This document shows, in pieces, positions 49,724 to 61,500 of a DNA stretch of 64,000 nt; within the stretch, counting starts at the first letter, position 1, and each line of letters opens with the position of its first letter. The stretch is from contig CM102285.1 of assembly GCA_046563655.1 (NCBI GenBank), positions 8,680,001-8,744,000 of the forward strand. The letters are read 5' to 3'. This DNA comes from Yuukianura sp. NJ FZ-2021 (taxonomy: Eukaryota). The translations under genes and the position numbers were made by a program. Below the pieces are notes generated by a model. It made no database searches, was not told the origin of the DNA, and saw only the letters and a program-made list of their open reading frames with translations.

Positions 49724-52700
49724 TTATACCTTATCGCCTCCAGCGTTGGTGTTCGGATTCTTCAACTTTCGAAACTCCTTTGTCGCCCACATGGCAAGCA
49801 TTTTAGTCTTGTTGGCTTTCGAGCGTCGTCCCAGCGTCAACAGCTCGTTTATGATTTCATTGTCCACAAGAGGTAAGATCCGTGTCCCATATCCCAGAAT
49901 GAGATCACTGGAAGTCAACAAAAATCCACATTTGTATACATTGGAAATGTAAGTTATGAAGACAGTAATGGCTGAAAACTTACCCAACGAGTCCTGCGCA
50001 GGCCGCAACGTTTCCATCACTTCGCTCAGGGTCTTTCCCAATTTCACAAATGAATTGAAATATATACGGTAGGTGCGACTCAATCTGAGCCAGCTCGAGT
50101 GTCACTGGGCCATTAGGTACTCCAGACCCTGCTTGAGTGTCTCCACGTAACCCTTGAATAATTCCAGTGTAAGCTTCAAGGACTCCTTCACGAAGTTCGC
50201 AAAGGTAGTCCAACATTTCATAGTCGTTCTGCAAAAACGAAAGTTGCGTCAGGATGACATAAGGGTTAAGAACAACGAAATACAAATGAAACAGCGTGTT
50301 ACCCTGTCAACTTGGGCCTGAGATGCTTGCATCAATGTTTGCAGTACGACGTCCAAGTACTGCCGAAATTCGGGCCCAATAGCCAGCGCCACATCTCCCA
50401 AGACAGACAAAATCTGAGGCTTCACTTCTCGCTGAACTTGTTGATGCTGAAACGGAAACAACACAACCGTTTCAGGTTAAGCGTAGTATCCTAGTATTCT
50501 AAAACGCGACTAATCTCTTTTACAAGATTTTCAGTATGAAATTGGTGGTTTCATTGGTTATCGTCATTCTTTTTCAAGAGTAGCAAATAAAAATTCATCA
50601 TGAAAAGCACTCCTTGCTTACTCGCCTGATATCTTTTAAGTTTTACTGTAAAAACTTACGGATAAGTTTTGCAGTAGGTGATTCATGATGTCAGGACAAT
50701 AAGGCGCCACCTTGGAACCCAACGCTCTGCAAATATCTCCGCTGAGTCCTACTGCTGCCGAGCAGACCTGTAATTTTGAATTATGTAATTGTTAGAATTT
50801 TACTATGCTTATGTTTCATGTAACGTTGTCGAGGCGTTGGTACTTACAGAGTGCTCGCTAATATTCTGAAGGGCCGCGATCAGATACGGTATAAATGAAT
50901 CCATATATTTTAAAAATCCGTCACCCATCACTTCAGTCAATGTTGAAATAGCCATTAGGGCATCTTCCTGTACACCGCCAGATTTTCCTCCAGGACCACT
51001 GAGCATTTGAAGTAAGGCTTCCATAACTGCGTCCGAGATTTGAGGAGCATCCGCAGGAGTAACTAAATCAGAAATAAGAAGTGAAGTTGAGTAATAAAAT
51101 TTACATTATTAATAATTATTATTAATAATGTAAACGTCAAAACTACGACAATCACACCTTTGCGGAGCACACTTTGGAGTGTAGCACAGAGGGAGCTTTG
51201 GAGTTCGTTGAATTGACTTCTATCTCCTGGATTGTGATGAGACTCCATCAGCAGAACTGCTCTAAGTCTCTCTAAAATCACTAGTGTAGTATTCTGTACA
51301 GTATCGTAACAATCCTTTGGTGAATTCTTGATCATCTCCATTAGAGCTTCATATGCCGCTGGACGCAAATTGGCCTAAATTAATAACGAAAAAGTCTGAC
51401 CTAAAGCACTGATGCCAATAAAAGTTAAATCATGTGTAAGTCCAAGTCCACTCACCGTTGCCCCATCAACTCTGTCAGTCGTAGCCAAAAGCTTTTCCAC
51501 AATAGGTCTGAAGAAGCCGGAAAGGCAGTAGGTTTCAGGTTCCTTAGAGTCGTCGTGTCTTTGCTCAGCAGCTTGCTCGTAAGCGGCTTCAGCTAGGCTA
51601 CTGAGGGCCCAACAAGCATTGGCAGCGACACGGGCTTCACCGATGAGTCCCCTGACGAGAGCATCAAGAAGGGGATGTAAGTAGGCAGGAGACAATGCCG
51701 CATCGGAGACAACCTCACAAATTCTGCCAAGAGTCCACGCCGTTGTGTCCCTCACGACCACGCTTTCGTCTTTCATAAGTTCAATCAGAGTCGGCATCGC
51801 GGCTTCTGCAATTGGCTTCATTGTGCCTGGATCAGGACCTGTTACTCAATTCATGCAAACGATTAAAACATTACAAAAGGCAACTCGGTTTCAGGATGAT
51901 TACTGAGTTGAAGCAATTAAATCAGGGGTGAAATTGGTGGTTTCAATTTTTTGTCGTCATTCTCTTTCAAGAGTAGCAAATAAAGTCATCATATACGCAC
52001 TGAAATTAGTAAATCGAATTCTACATGTGTCTCACTCACCTTCCATGATACAACCGAAGGACATAACCGCAGCATCTCTGTATTTCCAATCCGGATTTGT
52101 AATATTTTGTTGAACGAAGGGCATGACGTGAGGAATGATATCAGTTTCACAGCAATTAGCAAACAGCATAAGACAAACACCGGCGGCTTTACAAGGCTTC
52201 CAATCATCATCGTCATCATGTGGATCCTATTTAGAAAAAGAATGGGATTAGAAACAGAACATCAACTCCCATATTTGAATTAGTATTTTAATAATAATTT
52301 CTCTGGAATTGGGATGCATTCTTTACTTGTTTCGTCAAAGCATCAATGAGGAGAGGAACTAAATATTGGAGTGCGCCCTTCGCATAAAATCTGGAAGTAC
52401 GCTGTGGAGGACGTCCCATCTCCTGAGCCTCAGAAGCCTCAATCGCCAGATCGACTTCTTCATCACAAACATTGGACCAAAACTCAATTCCTTGCAGCGC
52501 CACTTCATCTTCATCAGATTTCATTGCTGCCATTGTAATGGCAAACAACGCTTGATTCATATAAAACTCCATGTGCTGGTAGTATAGGGTCATGATTTTG
52601 ACTAAACACTGTAACGCTGCCACCTGAACTTGAATGTCGGGAACCTGTGTTGCCTCACAAACAACTTGCATGATGTAGTGGCGTTCGGTCTGTGGAGGTT

Positions 52701-54023
52701 GAAAACAAAAACACATCAAAACTGAAACTTAAAACTAAATATTCTTCAATCTTCCTTTTAAAGGCACTCTTACCTCATTTTCAAAATTGTTTTTGGTAAA
52801 CTCGAGTGAATTTAGAAGTGCATTAGTTGCAGCGAGTCTGACACGATTCGATGGTTCGTCACGTTTCATTCCGTGTACAATGGCCGTAAGAATGCTGTTG
52901 CTTTGATGCTCCAGAATTTCAGGTTCCTGAAATGAGTAAGATACAAATGCCGCTAAGGAAAGAGTATTGATAAAGTTGTAAGGAAAATTCTCTTCTATAT
53001 ATTTTCAGTTGCGAATTTGGTGGATTCTAGGTCTTTTCGTCATTCTTTAAATCAAGAGTAGCAAATAACAATCATCATGTCATTTCGGAATAACTAACAG
53101 CTAGATTTGGAACTACTACTTACAATGTCAGCACAGATGTATCCAATGGCTTCTAGTGAAGCTTCCCTAAGATGTACAGCATTAGGATCGTTGGCTCCAG
53201 TTAAATTCGCCACAAGGACGGGAATCACTTCCTGCCATTGCTGCTGCGGCAGTTCCACGACGGCAATGTAGGCAACACATTGTGCAGCAGAACCGGGGCG
53301 GGAAGTTTCCGTTCCGAGTGCAGACAAGACCTGCAATAGGAGTTGGAATCGTTAAAAACAGCTCATTCTATTCTCTAAATGCCTACTGAAAGTATTATCA
53401 TTCAAGTATTCGTACATTCTTTTTAACGTAGTTGCGGATTTCTTCGTTCAAAGACAACCACCTGAGTTTGTATTGACTTTTCACATTGGCATCTTTCGAA
53501 GTAAGAAGATTCTTTAGTTGAAGTCCAGCAGCCATTCGAGCCACTTGTGTATACTCCGGACGTGCCAAAAGTTCCGACAAACTTCGAATGTACTCGGGGA
53601 AATTTGAGAGCGCTGCTTGCTCCAGAAACGCCTGTGCTTGTGTAAGTTCATGTTGATCTGAAAAGATTTAAAAATATAAATTCTCAAGTTTAGATTGGAA
53701 GGCTAGTTTAGTTTAGAATCTAAACTTTAGATTATAAACTAGTCTCCGAAGTTTTAACAGTTTTAAAAGCCTTTTCACATCAACCACATAACGCCGGGAG
53801 TGTTCTACTAGGCTACAAACTTTGGATAAAAAAGAAGAGAACAAAAAATAACAGCATAACCCTATCAAAACACAAGCAGCAGCTCTGTTGAACGTAATAG
53901 TCAAGTTACAGTTATTCAACAACGTCAAAGGTCAAAGTTATCGAACATCTTACCTTGTGAGATTGTTTTCTCGAGAATATTAGCAATTTGTCCAACGGAA
54001 CCTCCATCCACTGGTTGGTTCAT
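49724..54023 (-). CDS. KPNB1: Importin subunit beta-1 (karyopherin beta 1)
   Basis: ATG at 54023, first exon 54023-53954, stop at 49724-49726. Conserved segments [115 protein letters not shown] and WATKE. Confidence 0.96.
50527..50606 (-). ncRNA. SNORD76: Intronic box C/D snoRNA, SNORD76/U24 family (copy 1)
   Basis: Minus strand reads ATGATGA (C box, 50601-50595), TTTATTTGCTACTC, TTGA (D'), TGACGA (C'), AAACCACCAA, CTGA (D, 50534-50531). Lies in a KPNB1 intron, sense to the host. The guide is complementary to the conserved 28S sequence AGUAGCAAAUA. Confidence 0.85.
51919..51996 (-). ncRNA. SNORD76: Intronic box C/D snoRNA, SNORD76/U24 family (copy 2)
   Basis: C box ATGATGA 51992-51986, guide TTTATTTGCTACTC-TTGA, C' TGACGA, AAACCACCAA, D box CTGA 51925-51922. 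Lies in a different KPNB1 intron. Confidence 0.85.
53001..53082 (-). ncRNA. SNORD76: Intronic box C/D snoRNA, SNORD76/U24 family (copy 3)
   Basis: C box ATGATGA 53078-53072, guide TTATTTGCTACTC-TTGA, C' TGACGA, CCACCAA, D box CTGA 53008-53005. Lies in a third KPNB1 intron. Confidence 0.83.
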
Positions 54024-54844
54024 TTCGCGAATTTTCTTAACTTCCACTTCTTGATGACTTCAATCGTTCAATCTCCGCTGGGCTAATTGATTATTTGGAC
54101 TCTAGAAGGTTGTAGTTTGAATTGATACAGCAATTTACACGAATAAAAGTGAGAAACTGTAACAATTAAATAACGCTGAATTGAAATTAAGTTAAAAATT
54201 CAAAAATGTAATCACGATTATTACAAAGCACGACTTTTTAGACTGCTTTGGATTGAAGAAAGAAGAGGAAATGAGGTCGGCGGCAGAGGAGAGGAAGAAG
54301 ATTCCAGACGAACCGAAGCACCAATGATCAGGCGGCAACAGATATGGACACGCAGTCCTTGTGCCAGTATAAACTCAATTGTCAATCGGTCAAACGAACC
54401 GACCAAGTTAAAACTTGAGAAATTAATTACTACGTTTAGCGATAAATTACTTTCTATGTTTCATACACAAATGTCACAAATAGAATTCAAGAACACTTTC
54501 TTATCTATTAAGCACTTTCCATTTCCAAATACAATTTAAAACTTATTCAAGCAAAATTCACGATAATTGGTGATGTCACTCACCAACAAAATGTTCGTCA
54601 ATAATTGTGAAATGTTCGGGAAGTTGTGCACTGCATTTTGGCGCTAATTTTTATTCAGAAACGGGAGGAAAACGATTTAAATGAACGTCAAAACGTTTCG
54701 ATTAATTAATGAAGCCTTCTACTTGTCCACCTCTGTTACAAGCCGTTGGGAAGCGTGAAGGTGAGAGCGGTCGACTGGAGTAAAAGCTACTTCTGAAAAT
54801 GGAGGGACAGTTGAAAATAGACTGTGCCTGGGTGGGGAGCAATG

Positions 54845-54865
54845 GGGGCGGAGCAAATGACGTCA
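54845..54865. promoter_or_regulatory. GC box plus full CRE upstream of importin-beta
   Basis: GGGGCGGAGC is closely followed by TGACGTCA (54858-54865), about 0.8 kb upstream of the KPNB1 ATG. Confidence 0.4.
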
Positions 54866-55704
54866 GCCAAGGCACAAACGACGAAGAACGAACAATGGGC
54901 AGGGTTCGTCAAACCCTCCTAAAAACCCTTTCCCCAACATAGGTGGAGGGAGGTGGATTAATAAATTACAATTTATAATACAATAGAAAATTAATAAATT
55001 TAACCGGATAAATTATCTTTTATATTAGGCCAGTAATTGGAAAATCATATGAAAAATACAGTTAAGGTGGAGCTCCTATATTAACTGTATTTTCACCATT
55101 TCACCGTGGAGGCGATTATATCCGTGTGGTTGAAGGTATGCTGAGGCTGACTATCTTGAGGGTGGAACGCTAACGCTACCTTACCTACTATGGTTTAGGC
55201 TAATCATAACTGTTAACTGGGACTTTAATCGTTTAAACCATTAATAAGAGCTGGCTTAGAAACTATCACGTTGTAAACAATATTAAAAGAGGGAACTAAA
55301 AACTAAAAACTAGTAGGGGTAAACTAAAGAATTGGTGAGACCAATTTGGTGTCGTGCCACCCTGTTTAATAAAATCCCACCCCTAGCCCTTCCCGCTTCT
55401 AAATAATCAATGCCTTTCATTCAGCCTCACATTACTGTCGTCAAGTCTTTACGATATTTATCGTGGCTTCGTGGCACTGGTTACTGGTTGCTGAAAGCGT
55501 GGGAATGGGAACAGGAATTATGTTGACGGTGCAGTACATTTTTTAATATAATGCTTCGTTACCTACTTAATTAAAAGCATAAATTCATTTTACGTCGAAG
55601 TGATGCTAATCAACATGGTCAGATCGCTTGAACTGTAGCAATAAATGTTTTTTTTTAAATGGACATAATCAGTCAGTAGTGTAACGCATCATGTTATTTC
55701 TGTG

Positions 55705-57257
55705 TCAGTTATGGCCTACTACATCAGCATTAGCTATCTTTTTCATTAGTTGCATGGTGCTATTTCGATAGCTGGATCCTCCGAAGTGGTTCCTGGAATA
55801 ACATGAAATTAAATTAAAGTATTAACTTATCGTTAGTTATATTCATAAATATCGTAATCGTAGACACTTTCATTTAGAAATCCATGAATGGAATATCGAA
55901 ACTCCCTTTTCGTAAACCAATTCACTTACCAATGATTCAGGTGATGAAAAAGTTCATAAACGTCCCGTCGTTTTTCCCAACCGTCGGCTCTCGGTATTAT
56001 AGAATGGTAGCTTTCGAAGAATCGGGACGAGAATCCACCAAACATCGCACTAATTCCAAATTCGAATTCGGAATGTCCATAAAAAACGCCGGGATCAAAA
56101 ATTACTGAAATTGTTAAATAAAAAAAAATTCTTCAATCTGATAGAAGCGAGATTCAGAAAATTGAAAATTGTTAGAGAATGAACAGTAAAAAAGAAAAAA
56201 AAACGTCTAACCAGGCTCGCCGTTGACGGATCCAATATTTCCAGACCACAAATCTCCATGCAAAAGAGCGGGCTTACAATTCTTGACTGGTCGTAAAATT
56301 TTTTCAATCTTTCCAGCCGCGACTGGCCAAGTGTAAATTAGCTCCCGGTCCAATTGCTGTTAAAATAAGTTTCAGAAGTTACTACATGAAGCTTATAATA
56401 ATTTATTTTTTCGTTGAATTTCAAAAGACTTACCGACTTACTCAGGGTCTCCACTAAAGGTTGGAGTCTTTGTCTGATATAAAATTCCTGAAATTATTTC
56501 GTAGACAGAACGTTGGTAGCGAGTTACGTAAAATCTAATGAATACACAAGAAGAATTACATCCCAATTGGGATTCCAAGTGTTGTCCAAACTGTGATAAC
56601 CACATGAAGTTGGTACATGGAATCCAAACTGGATTATTGGATTTGGTCCATCACCGGATTCGCCATCCGATTCTGAGGATGGAGAATCCTCGCGTGTGCC
56701 AGAGTTGATTCTTGACTCGTTGATGACGAAGCGTTTCATTTGGATGCTATTTTTTCGATGAAGCCTGGAATGAAAACGGCATAGGTTACAAAGAAGGCTT
56801 ATGAATAATTACTACTGGGAAGCGCAAGGATACGTTACCGGTACGGGCTTCCAACTCTTACTTTGCCAGTTGTTCTCCAAGTTTGGATTGCTGCAGGTCA
56901 GAGGATATGGGTTTCATAAAAATATTCTGCATAACCAAAGCTGCACTTCCATCTTCACCCAGTGGTACGACGCATATTGGTTGCGGACAGCGTATGGTTT
57001 TTGTCGCTAGGATTGCAAGCAATCCTTCCTTTTCTCCTTCGAACATTTTCATCGCCTAAAGAAAATACAAACTCAATGCGTCTTAATTTTTGGAAAATCG
57101 TTTGTAAAATTATTACATTGGATCCAGTGTTCCACTTGACAAAGACTTGTCCATTGTCCGTATAATACGACGCTCCAGAAGAAATTGATCCTCCGCCTAA
57201 AATTCCCGTCGGCTCAAAGGAGTCAGTTCCAAGGGCTTCTTTCACAATTTGCAACAT
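55705..57257 (-). CDS. FN3K: Fructosamine/ketosamine-3-kinase
   Basis: Exons approximately 57257-57117, 57055-56862, 56764-56560, 56487-56434, 56356-56212, 56104-55930, 55792-55705. Motifs [63 protein letters not shown] and [14 protein letters not shown]3K versus FN3KRP cannot be resolved outside vertebrates. Confidence 0.92.
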
Positions 57258-58528
57258 TCTCTTTCTCACTGAATACTTTTACCGGGTTAGTTCGATCCAG
57301 TTTACCAGTTCTGAAAACAAACAAAAGGTGAATAAAACAATGCTGAACAAACAGAATTTCAATTTCTAGAAAGAAACAAAGAAAGGTCCGATTCCGAACT
57401 CACTATTTGTACTTATCTACATTCGATTCAGTGACCGCACAAACTTTAGTCTTGAATCTTGATTAAACTTTGAAATCTCAACCGTATCATGTTGTGCTTA
57501 CTCTTCTTATTGCGAGAATTGCTAGTTACAGGAAAATCTGAAAATCAACAACAGACTGAACTTTTGGAGTATCGTTCCTCACCTCTCAGCTGTCCATGTC
57601 CTTTTACCCTCGTGTCACGTTACTAACTGGAAAAACAAAGAAGTAAACAAAGGTTTTCAGAAAAAATGAAAAAAAAGTAATAAACTTGCTTTTAAATTCG
57701 CCACCCCCAATTCCATCCTTAGAAAAAACTGCTTCAAAATCTGTTCGCTTTTACATCACACTTTTCTCTAAAATGAACGCCAGAATTTGTCATTTATGTG
57801 TTAATTTAAATATCACACAATTAAATCCGAGAAATAAAACGACCATCGCATCCGGTGGAGGTTCATATTCTCATATAAATCTACGGATAAGAAGAATTTA
57901 TCGTAGAGATTCCAGTAAAGAACTTCTGGATTCAGATCTCACAACATGACGACACATTATTTAATCAGTTATCTTTACATGTTATAATTAACACAATATC
58001 TAATTCCATCTACCATCCAGTATCCAGTCAGTATACATCTCTTAATAATTTAAAACAATACAGCAGCAAAATGCTTTCCAACTGATTTCAACTTCAGTTG
58101 TTCATTTAAAACCATTTTCCTTACAAACAGAGGAAATACCTTTAGGTTAGATTAATTTTGATTTTAACACTTACGGGAGAGAGAGCGTCCATATTACTCT
58201 GACCCCTCAGTTCTCTGCCCAGTGTACACAAATCCCTAATTTACATTTGGGAGCACTTTTAAGAAATCAAGTATACAAAGATTTACAAGCTACTTACTAC
58301 ATTGGCTCTAAGCAACTTATAATTTTTAGTTCAATCTTTCTGAACAAAATTAAATAAAAAACAACAAAAAATTCAAGTAAATTGAAGCGTAAATTCAATA
58401 AATAAAACAGTCAATAATTACCAGTTTACAATAAACGGATCGTTGAGTCCTCTAAATATTAGTTATAAGCCTTTCTTTCCAAAAGCGTAGGAGCATCCTT
58501 GCTTTAAATTCTCTTCTCTTTCTGTATT

Positions 58529-61500
58529 TTAGTTGTCGCCTGATTGATCGGAATTTCGCATTTTACTTACAGCGTCTTCTAATCGACTTCGGCTGGCGGC
58601 TGCCGCTGACCGCCTCGTCGTTCGTCCAGTCTCTCTTGGTGGGTTTGGATCTTCTTTGGCAAGTCGCTCCTTCTTCTTTACCATGAGTAGTTGTCGCTCT
58701 GCAGCAGTCAAACCGCCTCGCGGTGCGTCAACAAGAAGTGACGAACGGTCCCTCACCCGTCGTTCTCTTCTCGTCTCCATTTTCTGCTGGGCCATCTCCT
58801 TTTCCAATTCTTTGCTTTCTGTGAACAACAACAAACATTGTTAGCAAATATTCTAACAATTGAATTAACTTCAAAATTATGAGCAGGAAATCACCTTTCA
58901 AAACAACTCGTTCTGCATTTTCACTCGGTGAGTCTTCATCTGGTAAATCGTCAGCATGATTTCCCATAAGGCTTTTCATGCTCTCATCATCAGAGTCTTC
59001 CGGATTCGGGGTAGCTAGCACTGGCGTCGCCTGACTTGGTCCAGGTTGAGGTGGCAATGTGGATGTCGCTGACGACGGACTATGTTTTCCTCTCTGATTT
59101 CCCTTCTCCGCTTGTCCTTCCTTCTTCAGTAACGAAGGAATATTTAGGCCAGCGAGTCCAGCCAAACCTAGAGACGATGCAGCACTAGCTTTTCCTCCTT
59201 TCTTGCTACCTCCGCTACTTGATCCCATTGTTGCTCCCATTCCATTTGGCATTGTAGTCGAGCCCATGTTTCCAAAGGAGCTCGGATTCATTCCACCCCC
59301 AAGTGGAAACGAACCGAGTCCCAGCGGATTGTACATTAGACCGGGATTTGGAAACAAAAATGGTAGTGCACTGGAAAGCATATTCTGTGACGCCAGAGCT
59401 GCCGAAGAAGAAGAGTTTCCTTTTTGCTTCTTGTCCTCCTTCTTTCCAGTAGAACTTGCTGGCTGAGCACCTCCAGTAGTGGAGTGCCCTTCTTTACTCG
59501 GCTTTTCTCCCATTTCCATTCCTGGAAACGGAAATCCAAACAGAGAGCTCGGCAGTCCAAGGCTGCTTAGATTTCCCAAGGATCCCAGACTTCCAAGAGA
59601 ACTTAAGTTGCCGAGTCCACCCAGTGAACCTAAACCTCCGAATGGCATAAACAGTGGATTCTTCGGATCCAGTGACCCCAAGGGCAAACTGGCTAAAAGG
59701 TTTGGATTTAGTCCAGACAGGCCTAAAACAAAACACAGACGATTTAGAAAATATGTAACCAATGTATATCCCAGCACTCGAAAAGATTGAGAAAGAACTT
59801 CACCTGGAATTGATGAAAACGCTCCAAGAGACGAGTAAGCATTTGCTGCGGAAGTAGGAATGGAAGGAGAACTAGCTGTTGAAGTATTTATCGGCTGGGT
59901 GCTTAGCATCGGTGGTCTACCAGGTCCTTTCTTCTTTTCAACGCTTCCTGCACTTGTGCTTGGCAGCGTGACACCTCCTGGAACTCTTCTTTGTAACTCC
60001 GATGGCAAATTCCCTTTTTCTCGTACTAAGTCAGACCACCTCGGATCTACATCGAATGCTGGGTTCTCACTCAACCAATGTCCCAAGTGCTTCAACTGTG
60101 GTGCTTTCGGGCCAGTTACCTGCAGCAACAATAAAACACAAGCTTGGGTTAATCACAGTTACGTAATTAATTCAGCTAAACCAAAACCATCCCTACCTTC
60201 TTCCCCGTAATACGATTAATCACCGTTACATTTTCTTCGCCGCTTAATTTGCTCCAGTCCAACAGCATCGGGTCAACTCTGGGTCTCCGTCGCCGTCGTC
60301 CATCTAAGAGTTCCGGGCTCACTGGTCTCTCTGGCGTAAGATTGGCATGTTCTGCTAACCATTTGTTCACTTTGGCGTCTTGTGAAAACAGGTCGAATTT
60401 CGGAACAGCCAATTCAGCTAATCGACTGAAATCGCATTTCGGCATTTCGGAAATTGGTGATGGGCCTGGAAGATTTGCTTTTTGGTGTCCTTCCTTCCCT
60501 TTGCTTATTGTGGCGGATGCTGCTTGACCGGCTAGTTGACGAGAGAATTCTTTCCCTGCGGCCGAATTAAACAAAGACAGCGTCGCGCTCAGGAGAGAAT
60601 TGTTGAACATGTTGGCTTGCGAAGAGGCTATATCCTTTGCGTTTTGATGGGCTGCCGCTGCAGCAGAAGCAGCAGCCGAGATATTCATCGGCGGAGACTG
60701 AAGTCTGTTAGTACTGGCGCCACTGCTAGCGGGAGAAGATCCCCTTGTTCCACGGGCTGGTGGTGGAGAAAATAATGAAGATTGCCCCTTCGATGCAGAG
60801 AGACCCAGTACTATTTCGTCCAGCTTTTTCCGTCGCTTTTCCTTCTCCACTGGCATCGGAGCCGTTTCAGCGTCATCTCCAAGCTGTAATCAAATAGGAA
60901 ATTTTTTATTCGTTCCCCATTTAAAATTTATCACCCTGGCTGTAACTCAAACGATTTAACAAAGACAAGCATTCGTAAAATAGTGTCGGACTCAATCCTT
61001 AGAAAAATAAAACTAGCATCACTTACGGTGCGTTTTCGCAATTTGTCCAACATGTCCTCGAGTTTGGACTGTTTTGGTCGTTCAGAAGGTTGAGGTTCAG
61101 GAGTAGGTTCTCGCCGTTTCTCTGCCATTATAATCGCTTGCGGAGTCGCCCGACCTTGGTCTCTTCCACCACGTTCTCGCTCTCTCCTCGAGTTTGATAC
61201 CCTATAAACACGAAAGTAACCGACATTGATTTACATAATAGAGCTGCTAAGTTCTTTAGTAATTGGTATCTTAGTTGCATTACCTTGTAGAAGACAAATC
61301 CAGTGCAGAATTGTTGTTATTGTTATTACTATTATTGCCGCTTGGAGACTGCAGTGTCACAGGGGTAACTGTCACGCTGCTCAAGGAGGATAATGCTGAC
61401 ATTGCCGCAGCCGCAATGCTATTTCTGTCACTTGGTTTAAAACTCAAGTCTAAAGTTGAGCCCTGAGACTGTTGTTGCGATTGCAGTTGTGGCGAGTACC

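Noticed and set aside
50527..53082. Dispersed intronic repeat read as a MITE or CRISPR-like repeat
   Set aside because: No TIR/TSD or regular spacers. Conservation is confined to C/D boxes and an rRNA-complementary guide, so snoRNA explains it.
56428..56442. Tandem GTAAGT donors 8 nt apart in FN3K
   Set aside because: Only the donor after ..AGT AAG TCG keeps the frame with the next exon. The other is probably incidental coding sequence.
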